From the NCBI GenBank assembly GCA_963828735.1, contig CAWHFW010000005.1, forward strand, positions 320,001 to 384,000: 64,000 nt of DNA. The letters run 5' to 3'. The DNA comes from an uncultured Gemmatimonadales bacterium. Lineage in GTDB: Bacteria; Gemmatimonadota; Gemmatimonadetes; Gemmatimonadales; GWC2-71-9. Numbering within the stretch: position 1 is the stretch's first letter; each line of letters opens with the position of its first letter. The notes under the pieces are model-generated. The model was given only the letters and a program-made list of their open reading frames with translations. It ran no database searches and was not told the DNA's origin. The position numbers were made by a program, and so were the translations under genes. Positions 34,348-44,613 of this stretch are shown piece by piece.

Positions 34348-34854
34348 CTACTGCGCCAGACCGAGCTGTTTGAAGAAGCCGTACGCGTCATAGTAGTCAC
34401 CCTGATAGGCGATCTTTCCGTCCCGCACCCGGATGAGCGTCAGGCCGTTAAAGGTGAACGGCTTGCCCGTCGCCTTTGTACCGTCGGCCCACGGCCCCGT
34501 GTTGGTGCCCTGAAACGTCCACTGGAATGCGATCCCGTCCTTCCCCACGAGCGGCTCGCCGCTCCGGGTCCAGCGGCAGTCGGGCGCGGCGGTCAGGAAG
34601 GCCTGAATCACGTTGTGCTGCGCGTTGGACCGGCCCTTCTGCGGGGCTGGCGTGCTCGCGTCGTAGTATTCCACGTCGTCGGTCATGAAGCGGGCGGCCT
34701 GCTCCGCGTCGTGCGCGTTCCACGCCGCCATGTAGGCGTCGACGAGGGCGAGCGGGCTGCGTCCGGGTGAACCGGGATTCGGCGGCGCTCCCTGGGCCGC
34801 CCCGTGAACGGGCGCGGCGAGCAGGAGCGCGAGCAGGATCCGATAGCGCGGCAT
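34348..34854 (-). CDS. Secreted SnoaL-like / ester cyclase (NTF2-fold) protein
   Basis: Signal peptide; YMAAWNAHD, WTFQGTNTG, ATGKPF...G.T.IRVRDGKI...DYYD. Confidence 0.82.
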   Translation of the reverse strand: MPRYRILLALLLAAPVHGAAQGAPPNPGSPGRSPLALVDAYMAAWNAHDAEQAARFMTDDVEYYDASTPAPQKGRSNAQHNVIQAFLTAAPDCRWTRSGEPLVGKDGIAFQWTFQGTNTGPWADGTKATGKPFTFNGLTLIRVRDGKIAYQGDYYDAYGFFKQLGLAQ

Positions 34855-34932
34855 CGGGACCTCCAGCCTGAGGATGGGAGCTCGGTGGCGGAAATGTATG
34901 GCAGGAACTCGGGTCACGTCGACCGGACGCAC

Positions 34933-34963
34933 AGCGGGGCATGCATAAGACGCATGCCCCGCT
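34933..34963. repeat. GGGGCATG-family hairpin (copy 1)
   Basis: AGCGGGGCATGC-ataagac-GCATGCCCCGCT. Confidence 0.7.
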
Positions 34964-34991
34964 TCCGGCGCCCACCTTGCAACCGGCGGAC

Positions 34992-35387
34992 CTATCCCTT
35001 CGGCGCCGCCGGCCGCCCAGCCGAGATCTTCCCGTCAGCCCGGCTCTTTACGTACGCATAGATGGCGTCTACTTGCTCATCGCTCAGGAGCTTGGCGAAC
35101 CCCGGCATCCCGTGATCGGCCCGACCGTTCTTGACCACCGCGACGAAAGATGCCTGGTCCGCCACCGGCCCCCCGGTGCCCGCCGATTTGAGCAGGTCCG
35201 CCGCCACGGGATTGCCGACTACATCCTGGCCGTGGCAGCGCGCGCACTGCACGCTGTACTGCCGCCAGCCCTCGTACTCCTGCGCGTTGACCCTTGGCGC
35301 CTTCGGCGCGGAGCCCTGCGCGGGCAAGCGCGGCGGCGCGGCCAGAGCCAGCGCCACGAGCAGCGCGCGTCCGAGCTCGCGCGACAC
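34992..35387 (-). CDS. Periplasmic monoheme cytochrome c
   Basis: GTG start after GAAGGAGG; signal peptide; CARCHG and GMP (Met ligand). Confidence 0.85.
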   Translation of the reverse strand: MSRELGRALLVALALAAPPRLPAQGSAPKAPRVNAQEYEGWRQYSVQCARCHGQDVVGNPVAADLLKSAGTGGPVADQASFVAVVKNGRADHGMPGFAKLLSDEQVDAIYAYVKSRADGKISAGRPAAPKG

Positions 35388-35389
35388 GC

Positions 35390-36139
35390 CTAGCCCTCCT
35401 TCTTCACAGCGGGCCGTCCCGGACTGATCTTCGCGTCGCTCCGCCCTTTCACGTACAGATAGATGTCGTTGATCTTGTCCATGTCCAGCCCGAGCGCGCA
35501 CCAGGCCGGCATGCCCTTCGCCGGGCGGCCGGCACAGACGGTCTGTACGAACAGTTCCTTGGTGTTGATGGGGCCGTCGGGTTTGAGCGACACGATGAGA
35601 TGTGGCGCGATCGTGGTACCTGACACGTCCTCCCCGTGGCAGCGGGCGCAATTCAGGTTGAACTGTTTCCAGCCATCGTAGACGGCCTCACTCACGGTGT
35701 CGTGCGGCGCCTGATGGTACGCGTCGCGAAGGGGAGCATCGGCCTGGGGAGTCGACGTGTCCTGCTGTTGCGCGGCCGGCGCGGCCGGCGCCGCCGAGGC
35801 AGTCTTGGCGCTATCAGCCGCCGTCGGCTTCGCCGCGTTGTTCGCGGCCGGCGCCGTATAGTGTGTGGCGGGAGTCTTGGGAGCAACGGGCTTCTTCCCG
35901 CTCCCCGGCGCCGTTGCCGTGTGCTTGGCGCCGCTCTCTCCGGGCGCGGCGGCAGGAGTACTTGGCGGCTTGGCCGTGTCTGCGGTGGCCGCCGCGGGCG
36001 GCGCCGTCGAAGAATCGCGAGTGGCGGCCGCCGCGCCGGTCGTGTCCGAGCCGGCCCCCGACCGAGCACGATCCCCACCACACCCGGAGAGCAGGCTGAA
36101 CGTCAGCAGGACGCCGATATGATGGTGCAGAGAAGCCAT
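35390..36139 (-). CDS. Lipoprotein monoheme cytochrome c with a long Ala/Pro/Thr linker
   Basis: Lipobox LSGC; low-complexity linker; CARCHG and GMP plus two extra Cys; GGAGG SD. Confidence 0.85.
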   Translation of the reverse strand: MASLHHHIGVLLTFSLLSGCGGDRARSGAGSDTTGAAAATRDSSTAPPAAATADTAKPPSTPAAAPGESGAKHTATAPGSGKKPVAPKTPATHYTAPAANNAAKPTAADSAKTASAAPAAPAAQQQDTSTPQADAPLRDAYHQAPHDTVSEAVYDGWKQFNLNCARCHGEDVSGTTIAPHLIVSLKPDGPINTKELFVQTVCAGRPAKGMPAWCALGLDMDKINDIYLYVKGRSDAKISPGRPAVKKEG

Positions 36140-36277
36140 GGAACCTCCCTTTCCGTAGCGGGGAGGCCGGAGCCGGCGCCCGGCCTGATGTTCCTCAAGA
36201 TGAGGCGGCCCCGATGATCGTCCGGTGACCCGCGTCACCCGGTGCCCCCATCGTTTCTTCGACTTATCTTCCACGCC

Positions 36278-37165
36278 ATGAATAACGCCGCGCCATCGTC
36301 GGTCACCCTGGGGCTCGTCCAGCACCACTGCGTTACCGACCCCGAGGCCAACATGCGGAAGGCGGTCGAGGGCGTGCGCGAGGCGGCGGCGCGCGGCGCG
36401 CAGATCGTCTGCCTGCAGGAGCTGTTTCGCAGCCAGTACTTCTGTCAGGTCGAGGACCACCGGTTCTTCGACCTCGCCGAGCCGATTCCCGGTCCGTCCA
36501 CCCACGCGCTGACGGCCCTCGCGACCGAGCTCGGCGTGGTGATCGTGGCGTCCCTCTTCGAGAAGCGGGCCGAAGGCCTCTACCACAATACGGCCGCCAT
36601 CATTGATGCGGACGGGCAGTATCTCGGCAAGTACCGGAAGATGCACATTCCGGACGATCCGCAGTATTACGAGAAGTTCTACTTCACCCCCGGTGACCTT
36701 GGCTTCCGGAGCTGGGACACGAGGTTCGGCCGGATCGGGGTCCTCGTGTGTTGGGACCAGTGGTACCCGGAGGCCGCCCGGTTGACGGCCCTGTCCGGGG
36801 CCCAGATCCTCTTCTACCCCACCGCCATCGGATGGCTCCCCGCCGAGAAGGCCGAACACGGTGCCCAGCAGCAGTCGGCCTGGGAAACGATCCAGCGCAG
36901 CCATGCGATTGCGAACGGCGTGTACGTGTGCGCCGTCAACCGCGTCGGTCACGAGGGCGACCCCGCGAGCGGGATTGAATTCTGGGGCGGCAGCTTCGTA
37001 GCCGATCCCGGCGGGCGCCTCCTCGCGAAGGGCGGTAGCGGCGACGAGGTCCTGACCGCGACCATCGATCTGGGCAAAGTGGACGTGAGCCGCACGCACT
37101 GGCCGTTCCTGCGCGACCGGCGCATCGACGCCTATCAGGATATTACCCGACGGTATCTGGATTGA
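36278..37165 (+). CDS. aguB: N-carbamoylputrescine amidase (nitrilase superfamily)
   Basis: LQELF, YRKMHIPDDP.YYEKFYFTPGD, CWDQWYPE, PTAIGW, WPFLRDRR; next to the agmatine deiminase. Confidence 0.9.
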   Translation: MNNAAPSSVTLGLVQHHCVTDPEANMRKAVEGVREAAARGAQIVCLQELFRSQYFCQVEDHRFFDLAEPIPGPSTHALTALATELGVVIVASLFEKRAEGLYHNTAAIIDADGQYLGKYRKMHIPDDPQYYEKFYFTPGDLGFRSWDTRFGRIGVLVCWDQWYPEAARLTALSGAQILFYPTAIGWLPAEKAEHGAQQQSAWETIQRSHAIANGVYVCAVNRVGHEGDPASGIEFWGGSFVADPGGRLLAKGGSGDEVLTATIDLGKVDVSRTHWPFLRDRRIDAYQDITRRYLD

Positions 37166-37222
37166 GGATGGTCGGAAACCGCGAGTCGTAGGTCTCGAGC
37201 CACCCGACTGCTCTTACGACCC

Positions 37223-38275
37223 ATGCCCGACGATCCGTCGCTTCCCGCCGCCCTCGGGTTCCGCATGCCCGCCGAATGGGCTTCTCATCGCGGCACCTGG
37301 CTGAGCTGGCCGCACAAGGAGGCCTCCTGGCCCGGCAAGTTCGGACCGGTGCCGGGCATCTTTGCCGCACTGGTGCGCGAGCTCGCCGACCACGAGCAGG
37401 TCCACATCAACGTGGCGGGCCCGGCGATGGAGGCCGCGGTGCGAACGCTGCTCGCACACGAGCGGGCAGACCTCGGCCACGTGTTCTTCCACGGCAATCC
37501 CACCAACGACGCCTGGTGCCGGGACCACGGCCCCATCTTCATCGAGCGCGAGCACCAGGGCCAGCGCGAGCAGGCGATCGTGGACTGGGGGTACAACGCC
37601 TGGGGCGGGAAATACCCTCCCTATGACCTCGACGACGTGGTCCCATCGCGCGTGGGCGCGGAGCTCGGCCTTCGCGTGTTTCACCCGGGCATCGTCATGG
37701 AGGGCGGCTCCATCGACGTGAACGGGCGCGGCACCTTGCTCACCACCGAGGCGTGCCTGCTCAACCCCAACCGCAATCCCCAGCTCGACCGTGCCGAGAT
37801 CGAGGCCTACCTCCGGAACTACCTCGGCGTCTCCAAGATCCTCTGGCTGGGCGATGGCATCGTCGGCGACGATACCGACGGCCACGTCGACGACCTCACC
37901 AGGTTCGTGGACGAGCGCACCGTGGTGACCGTGGTCGAGAACGATCCCGCCGATGAAAACTACGAGCCGCTCCAGGAAAACCTGGAGCGGCTCCGCCACA
38001 TGAGTGATCAGGACGACCGGCCCCTGCGCGTGGTCACGCTACCGATGCCTCGCGCCGTGTATCACGACGGCCAGCGCCTGCCCGCGAGCTACGCCAACTT
38101 CTACGTCGCCAATGGGGTCGTACTGGTGCCCACCTACGACCCGCCCCGCGACGAGGCCGCCCTCGCCACGCTCGCCGAGGTGTTTCCCGGCCGGCGCATC
38201 GTCGGCATCGACTGCACCGATTTGGTCTGGGGGCTCGGCGCCTTCCACTGCGTCACACAGCAGTGGCCCGCCTGA
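37223..38275 (+). CDS. aguA: Agmatine deiminase
   Basis: MPAEW, DAWCRDHGP, NAWGGK, EGGSI, DTDGHVD, ASYANFY, GAFHCVTQQ. Confidence 0.93.
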   Translation: MPDDPSLPAALGFRMPAEWASHRGTWLSWPHKEASWPGKFGPVPGIFAALVRELADHEQVHINVAGPAMEAAVRTLLAHERADLGHVFFHGNPTNDAWCRDHGPIFIEREHQGQREQAIVDWGYNAWGGKYPPYDLDDVVPSRVGAELGLRVFHPGIVMEGGSIDVNGRGTLLTTEACLLNPNRNPQLDRAEIEAYLRNYLGVSKILWLGDGIVGDDTDGHVDDLTRFVDERTVVTVVENDPADENYEPLQENLERLRHMSDQDDRPLRVVTLPMPRAVYHDGQRLPASYANFYVANGVVLVPTYDPPRDEAALATLAEVFPGRRIVGIDCTDLVWGLGAFHCVTQQWPA

Positions 38276-38276
38276 G

Positions 38277-38678
38277 TCACGACTTCTTCCAGGTCCCCAC
38301 CAGCGCCGCGCGCCGGTTTCCGCAGCTATCCATGCCCAAGCCCGCGATGTGCAGCTCGTCGCCCGTCCGACTCACCACATAGCGCGCGTCGGCCGTCTGG
38401 CACGCGCCGCCGGCGGTATCGGCCTTGAAGAGCAGCGTATCGCCGACGAACGCCGCCTTACCCTTCATGTCCACCGAATCGGGCCAGCGGGGTGACGGCA
38501 ACATGAGCTTCACGTCGCCGTTCGACGCGAGGTCCATCTTCACTTCGCCCTCGCCGTACAGGTCGCGAGACCAGTTGCCGGAGTACTTCGAGGCTTCGCC
38601 TCCACATCCCGCGAGAGTGAGCACGGCTGCGGCAAGAGCCAGCGGCACGGAGCCGATCGGGAGAAAACGGCGCGACAT
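38277..38678 (-). CDS. Hypothetical lipoprotein (small beta-barrel-like)
   Basis: Lipobox LAGC; YSGNW...G.W pattern; GGAGGAG SD. Confidence 0.7.
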   Translation of the reverse strand: MSRRFLPIGSVPLALAAAVLTLAGCGGEASKYSGNWSRDLYGEGEVKMDLASNGDVKLMLPSPRWPDSVDMKGKAAFVGDTLLFKADTAGGACQTADARYVVSRTGDELHIAGLGMDSCGNRRAALVGTWKKS

Positions 38679-38803
38679 GTGAGCTCCTCCATGGAGGTGA
38701 CGGGGCCGGGCCGGTCGTCCTACAGAACGCCAATAATGTGGAACGAGCCTCCGCTACGCCAGGGGAGGCTCGTCCACATCCACGCATCGCCTACGGGACT
38801 AGG

Positions 38804-40156
38804 CTACTGGCGCGGCAGTACCTCCGGCGTCGGTATTGGCAGCGTGGTGAAGATCACGTCCGGCAGATCGCCCCCGCGCTCGTTGGTCTTGAGAGCGTCC
38901 AGCCGGCCCCAGCGCCGGTAGTCGATCCAGCTGTGGCCGCCCTCGTACATGAGGGAGTAACGCTTGTTGTAGAGCAGCTCGGTGACCAGTGACGCCTGGT
39001 CCACCGCCCCCGCGTACGGCGCGAGCCCGCCCGAGGTAGTGCGGACCAGGTCGAGGTCCGGGACGGCGCCAGCCGCGTTGTTGAGACCGATGTTGGCCTC
39101 GGCGCGGAGCAGGATCAGCTCCTCGTTCTTGATGATCGGTATCGACGAGTTGGGGCTCGGATACCGGATCCAGCCGAGATCAGAGGTCAGCTGCGTCGGC
39201 GTACCAGCCGAGCGCGGCGGACGGTCGACCAGCTTGTCCAGGAAGCGCTGGTCCGGCTCGCCGGTGGGCTGCAGCTGTGCCCCGGTCCTGAGCGACGGGT
39301 GCCCGAAGTTTTCGCCCACCTGCGGGTCGATCGCCAGCGGATTCGCGAAGTCGCCGGGCCCGGCGCTGAAATCCATGTACACGCCACGGTCGAGCGGCCC
39401 GGCGGGGTCGATGAACGATTCCGCCAGGATGGCGAGCGCGTTGGTGTAGTCCGCGCGATACACCGCCACCCGGGCGCGCAGCGCTCGGTTGAACTGGCGG
39501 AACGTCGCCGGCGTGTTGAAGCCCGCGAAACCCGGCGGAAGCGAGAACGGGAACGCGGCCCCGCCGGCGTCCAGCTCGGCCACCGCGCCGTCGAGCAGCG
39601 AGATGACCCGCGCGTAGGCGTCGGCGTTGCTGACGAACGGCGCGGGCGGCGCTGTCACGTCGGTGCCCACGTCGACCGGGATCGAGTCCTGCAGATGCGA
39701 GTCGAGCACGATGAGAAAGTTGTAGGCCTGGAACGTGTGCGCGAAGCCCTTGGTCGCGCTTTGCTCTTCGGCCGTTAACGCCGTCGCCGTGCCGATCACC
39801 GCCAGCAGGTCATTGGCGGTCCGAATCGCAGCGTACTCCTCCGCCCAGTGATCGCCACCGAAGGCGCCGCTTCCCGGGTCGAGCGGCCCCTGCATCAGCT
39901 CGCCGACGAATCTCGGGTCGGATCCGTCGAACCGGTACGCTTCGCGACCGAAGATGCCGCCGTCGAGGGCCCAGTCCGCCATGTCCGCGCGGGTTGCGAT
40001 CAGGATGCCATTGGCCGTCGCCGAGACCTCGGAGCGGTTGGGATCCTCCCCGATGACGTCCGGGGTGTTGGGATTGGCGATGTCGTACGAGCAGGCCCCC
40101 GAGCCGATGACGCCGAGAACGAGAGCCAGAGTTGACAGCTTCGTGATGGTCGTCAT
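38804..40156 (-). CDS. SusD/RagB-family outer-membrane lipoprotein
   Basis: Lipobox GSGAC; IPIIKNEELILLRAEA, YSLMYEGGH.W.D.RRWG; follows SusC. Confidence 0.9.
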   Translation of the reverse strand: MTTITKLSTLALVLGVIGSGACSYDIANPNTPDVIGEDPNRSEVSATANGILIATRADMADWALDGGIFGREAYRFDGSDPRFVGELMQGPLDPGSGAFGGDHWAEEYAAIRTANDLLAVIGTATALTAEEQSATKGFAHTFQAYNFLIVLDSHLQDSIPVDVGTDVTAPPAPFVSNADAYARVISLLDGAVAELDAGGAAFPFSLPPGFAGFNTPATFRQFNRALRARVAVYRADYTNALAILAESFIDPAGPLDRGVYMDFSAGPGDFANPLAIDPQVGENFGHPSLRTGAQLQPTGEPDQRFLDKLVDRPPRSAGTPTQLTSDLGWIRYPSPNSSIPIIKNEELILLRAEANIGLNNAAGAVPDLDLVRTTSGGLAPYAGAVDQASLVTELLYNKRYSLMYEGGHSWIDYRRWGRLDALKTNERGGDLPDVIFTTLPIPTPEVLPRQ

Positions 40157-40158
40157 GG

Positions 40159-43137
40159 TCAGAACCCCAGGTCGATGGCGAAGAAGAAGCTGCGACTGGG
40201 CGGGAACGGTGCCACATCGATGTTTCGCACGATGGCCTGTCGGCCGAAGTTGCTCACCTCGGGATCGAGACCGCGATAGCCGGTGAAGCGCAACAGGTTC
40301 CGGCCCGTCACCGAGAGCCGCGCCGTCCGAACGCCGCGCCCGAAGATCGACGAGACGAACCGCTGCGAAAGGTTGTAGGACAGGTTGAGCTCGCGGAGCT
40401 TCACGTACGTGCCGCTCTGGATGTAAGGCTCCGTGAACCCCGCGCCGAACCGCGCGATGCGCTCCGCGCCACCACCCGGATCGGTGTAGTCCACGCTGTT
40501 CTGGCCGGCATCGTACAGGAACTCGGTCAGGTTGATGATGTCACCACCCTGCTTGTAATCGAACAGCAAACCGAGCGTGAACCGGTGGAAGTCGACGTCG
40601 CTGGAGAACGACATCTGGAAGTCCGGGTTCGCGTCTCCCACCTTTCCCGCCACCGGATTGCCGTTGCCGTCCACGCCGACCAATCCGAAGATCTGGGTCG
40701 GCGAGCTGTCCTGCTCGATCTGAAACGTGCCCAGCGAGAGCGCGAAGCCACCGGTCTGGAATGTCGGCACGGTGAGCTCCGTGATCTTGCTCTTGTTGGC
40801 GAAGAAGGTCGTGCGCAGGATCCAGTTCACGTCCCGGGTCTGCACCGGCTGGACCGTGAACGACGCCTCGAGGCCCTGGTTCCGGAGCGAGCTGGTGGAG
40901 CTGAAGATCTGGTTTATCTGGCCGGATGAGGGCGCCAGCGTGCGCTCGAGCAGCAGGTCGGTGATGTTCTTCTGGTACAGCGTCAGCGAGAGCTGCGCGC
41001 GCCCGTTCGCAAGCGTGGCGTCGAAGCCCGTCTCGATCTCCTTCTGGCGCTCGGGCTTGAGGTTCGCGTCCCCGGCGCGGGTGCCGATCGGCGTACCGGA
41101 GGCCCCGCCGATCGTGCCGGTGGTGTCCGGCGAGAACAGGGCGCCGAAGGCCGCCCGGTTGCCGGTCTGCCCGTACGCCGCCCGGAACTTGAGCTCTTCC
41201 ACGCCGCCGAACGGGTGCTCGAACAGGTAGGAGGCCGCGAACTTCGGGTAGAAGAAGAATTCGCTCGAATTGCCGTTGGCGCTGCTGCGGTCGGCGCGCA
41301 GACCGGCGGTGAGGAGCAGTCGACGGTCGGCCAGCAGGACTTCCTCCTGTCCGAAGAGGCCGAGGTCGCGCACCGGCTCGATGCGCGAGAGCACGGTCTG
41401 GCTCGCGGCCTGCTGCGGGCTGGTCTGCCCGGTGAGCAGCGTCCGCCCGATGATCTGGGTGGCAAACAGCCGGCGCTCCTCGAACTGAACCCCGGCTGAC
41501 GTCGTCCACTGCGTCCCGTGGTCGGGGTCACCCGGCAGGTACGTGTGGGTCGCGTTGAGCGACAGGTTCAGGTTGCGGTTGGAGGACTTGCTCAGGACCA
41601 CGGTGCCGGGCTGCCCGTCATTGGGCTCGTACTGCAGCTCGGGCGGCGACACGAAGTTGTTGTCCTGCTGGAAGTAGTCCACGCCCCCGATGCCGATCAG
41701 CTGGAGGTTGCTCTTGGCCTTCCGGATCGCCTGCCACCGGAGAGTGCTGGTGCCGAGCAGGCGCCAGACGTCCTCGTTGTTCGTGAGGAATTGGAAGGTC
41801 TGGAGCGGGTTGCTCCGCTCGAACGGGTTGTTCGGGAAGTCGGACGGCAGCAAGCTGTCCCCGCTCGACGTGGGCAGCAGGTCCATGAAGTTGGGCGTGA
41901 ACGGGAACACCAGGAACGGACTGGTGCCGGAGTTGTCGTTGTTCGAGATCCCGCGGTCCGACGCGCTGTGCGTGCCGCTCAGATTCACCCCGAGCGAGAA
42001 CCCATTGCCCAGATCCTGATCGAGGTTCGAGCGGAGGGCCTGCTTCTTGTACCCGGTATTCGTCGCGATCCCGCCGTCGTCCTTGATGAGCGCCGAGACG
42101 TAGTACCGGGTGTTCTCGGTGCCGCCGTTCACGCTGGCGTCGGTCTCGTACGAGAAGGGTTTCTGTCCGTAGATCTCCTTCTCGAAATCGAACACCCGAC
42201 CCTCCTGATACTGCGCGGTCACGAGGGCGGTGTCGGTGAAGACGGTCAGCGCGTCGGCCAGCGTCGGAAACGTTCGCGAGCCCAGCTCGTTGGCCCGCTC
42301 GTAGACGCCCAGCTTCTGGCTGATGTTGAACTGCGGCTTGCCGACCTGGCCTCGCTTGGTCGTGATGAAAATGACGCCGTTGGTGGCCTTGGAGCCGTAG
42401 ATCGCAGCCGCGCTCCCGCCCTTCATGACTTCGATCTTCTCGATGTCCTCGGGATTGATGTCCGCGATGCGGTTGACGGCGTTGTCCTGGTTCCTCGGGT
42501 TGCCGCCGGCCTGCGCCTGGGTCACGGCATTGGCGCCATTCGGGATTGCCACGTCGCTCACCGCGATGCCGTCGACCACGTAGAGCGGCTCGATGTCGCC
42601 GATGATGGTCGAGACGCCCCGGAGATTGACCTGGATGCCGCCGCCGGGCGCACCGGAATTGGCTTGGATGGTGGCGCCCGGAATCTTGCCCTGGAGCGCG
42701 CTCTCGATCGTCGCTGTCGGCGCGCGGGTCAACTCCCCCGCGCTCACGGTCGAGACCGCGTTCGGCAGATTCCGCTGCTGGACCCCGGTGGCCTGACCGG
42801 TGATGACGATCTCTTCCAGCTTGAAGACGTCCGGCTCGAGGGCCACGGCCACCGTATGCTGGTCGGCGCCGACCGTGACCTGTTGCCGCTTGTACCCGAT
42901 GCCGCGGATCACGAGGTTCGCGAGCCCCGCGGGCGCGTTCAGGGTGAAACGGCCCTCATTGTCGGCCTGCGCCACGATCTGCGTGCCCAGCACCGCGATC
43001 GTGGCTTCGGACACACCTTGCTCCGTCTGCGCGTTCGTGATGCGACCGGAAATCTGTCGCACCTGGGCGTTCCCCGCCTGGACACCCAGGCCGAGGAGAA
43101 GAAGCGAGACGACGACACCGACCATGCGTTGTGCCAT
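40159..43137 (-). CDS. SusC/RagA-family TonB-dependent receptor
   Basis: CarbopepD-like N-domain; ALQGK.PG, GAPGGG...LRG, PLYVVDG, DINPEDIE.IEV.KG.SAAAIYGS.A.NGV..ITTKRG; C-terminal Phe. Confidence 0.95.
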   Translation of the reverse strand: MAQRMVGVVVSLLLLGLGVQAGNAQVRQISGRITNAQTEQGVSEATIAVLGTQIVAQADNEGRFTLNAPAGLANLVIRGIGYKRQQVTVGADQHTVAVALEPDVFKLEEIVITGQATGVQQRNLPNAVSTVSAGELTRAPTATIESALQGKIPGATIQANSGAPGGGIQVNLRGVSTIIGDIEPLYVVDGIAVSDVAIPNGANAVTQAQAGGNPRNQDNAVNRIADINPEDIEKIEVMKGGSAAAIYGSKATNGVIFITTKRGQVGKPQFNISQKLGVYERANELGSRTFPTLADALTVFTDTALVTAQYQEGRVFDFEKEIYGQKPFSYETDASVNGGTENTRYYVSALIKDDGGIATNTGYKKQALRSNLDQDLGNGFSLGVNLSGTHSASDRGISNNDNSGTSPFLVFPFTPNFMDLLPTSSGDSLLPSDFPNNPFERSNPLQTFQFLTNNEDVWRLLGTSTLRWQAIRKAKSNLQLIGIGGVDYFQQDNNFVSPPELQYEPNDGQPGTVVLSKSSNRNLNLSLNATHTYLPGDPDHGTQWTTSAGVQFEERRLFATQIIGRTLLTGQTSPQQAASQTVLSRIEPVRDLGLFGQEEVLLADRRLLLTAGLRADRSSANGNSSEFFFYPKFAASYLFEHPFGGVEELKFRAAYGQTGNRAAFGALFSPDTTGTIGGASGTPIGTRAGDANLKPERQKEIETGFDATLANGRAQLSLTLYQKNITDLLLERTLAPSSGQINQIFSSTSSLRNQGLEASFTVQPVQTRDVNWILRTTFFANKSKITELTVPTFQTGGFALSLGTFQIEQDSSPTQIFGLVGVDGNGNPVAGKVGDANPDFQMSFSSDVDFHRFTLGLLFDYKQGGDIINLTEFLYDAGQNSVDYTDPGGGAERIARFGAGFTEPYIQSGTYVKLRELNLSYNLSQRFVSSIFGRGVRTARLSVTGRNLLRFTGYRGLDPEVSNFGRQAIVRNIDVAPFPPSRSFFFAIDLGF

Positions 43138-43230
43138 GGCGCCTCCGGGGAGGAGATACCGAATCGAAACGGCAGGAAGTACTACAGTGCAGTGACGGAG
43201 GCGGATCAGCAAGTCACACACGGCGGCGGG

Positions 43231-44472
43231 TCAGCGTTCCAGACGGAATCCGGACGCGGTCCACGCGGGGGCGCCCCCCACCACCGTGGCGAGGCAGGCA
43301 TTGGCGCGAAGGTGATACAGCCAATGGGTCGGGTCGGGAGCGTCGATGACGGCGAAGTCGGCGGCCTTGCCTGGCTCGAGGGAGCCGATTCGCTCCTCGA
43401 GTCCGATCGCGCGCGCGGCCAGGATGGTGGCGCCCTTGAGCGCCTCCGCCGGCGTCATCCGCTGCAGCGTGCAGGCCAGGGTAAGCGCGAACGGCAGATG
43501 ACAGCTTGGCGCGGAGCCGGGATTGAAGTCGGTCGCCACGGCGACGGCGACGCCGGCGTCGATCCACCGACGCACCGGCGCCGGCTGCTGTCCGAGGTAG
43601 AGCGAGGCGATCGGCAGGCTGACCGCGACGACACCGGCCCGCGCCATGGCCGCGAGGCCCGAGGGCGACGCGCACTCGAGGTGATCCGCCGACGCGGCGT
43701 GCATCTCCGCCGCGAGCGCCGCGCCGCCGCCGTCAGTGAGCTGGTCGGCGTGGAGTTTGGCGCCCAGCCCCGCCGCGCGCGCCACGGTCAGCAGGCGACG
43801 CGCTTCCTCCACCGTGAACGCCGAGCGCTCCACGAAGACGTCGCAGAACGCGGCCAGCCGATCTCGCGCGATCGTCGGCAGGAGATCGTCGATGAGAAGC
43901 GCCAGATACCCCGCCCGATCGTCGCGGAACTCGGGCGGCACGACATGCGCGCCAAGGAAGGTCGGGACCAGGCGCACCGGCTGCGCGCGCCCGAGGGTCC
44001 GATAGAGACGGAGGACGCGCAGCTCGTTGGCGCGGTCGAGGCCGTAGCCGCTCTTGCATTCCACGGTCGTGACCCCGAGCGCGAGCATCTCGCGCAGGAA
44101 TGCCGTCGCGCGCGCGGCGAGCTCCTCGTCGCTCGCGGCGCGGGTGAGCCGCATGGTGCGCGCGATGCCGCCGCCCGCGGCGGCGATCTCGAGGTAGCTC
44201 CGGCCCAGGAGACGCTGCTCGAATTCCTCTGCGCGCCAGCCGCCGAAGGCGAGATGCGTATGGCAGTCCACCAGGCCGGGAATCACGAGCCCACCGCCGG
44301 CATCGTGGCGCGCGGCATCGCGGAACTCCGCCGGCAGTGCCGAGCGGGGGCCGACCCAGCGGACGCGGTCGCCTTCCCACACCAGCGCGGCGTCCGCGAT
44401 TGCGTGGACCTCCCCCTGCCCGCCTTCGGCGCGGCAGGTCGCGAGCTGGCCGATGTTCTCAAGGAGGTTCAT
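43231..44472 (-). CDS. hutI: Imidazolonepropionase
   Basis: PGLVDCHTH, KSGYGL, LGAH, CDVFVE, HADQL, ADHLE, ATDFNPGS. Confidence 0.95.
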   Translation of the reverse strand: MNLLENIGQLATCRAEGGQGEVHAIADAALVWEGDRVRWVGPRSALPAEFRDAARHDAGGGLVIPGLVDCHTHLAFGGWRAEEFEQRLLGRSYLEIAAAGGGIARTMRLTRAASDEELAARATAFLREMLALGVTTVECKSGYGLDRANELRVLRLYRTLGRAQPVRLVPTFLGAHVVPPEFRDDRAGYLALLIDDLLPTIARDRLAAFCDVFVERSAFTVEEARRLLTVARAAGLGAKLHADQLTDGGGAALAAEMHAASADHLECASPSGLAAMARAGVVAVSLPIASLYLGQQPAPVRRWIDAGVAVAVATDFNPGSAPSCHLPFALTLACTLQRMTPAEALKGATILAARAIGLEERIGSLEPGKAADFAVIDAPDPTHWLYHLRANACLATVVGGAPAWTASGFRLER

Positions 44473-44613
44473 TGCCGGGGGGGCCAAACCTGGACCTGCC
44501 GGGCCGGTGGGCGAACACGACCAAGGGCACGAGGCCGCTCCGCGGAAGTGGGAGCCGTCGTGCCCTTCGAGCCGTCGTCGTGAACGACCACCGGCGCCGC
44601 TCCGTGACCGGGG

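Noticed and set aside
41518..44583. 1021-aa plus-strand ORF (likewise 21108-24044, 9239-11587, 25086-26960 and others)
   Set aside because: These are antisense shadows of well-supported genes in high-GC DNA, with no motifs of their own.
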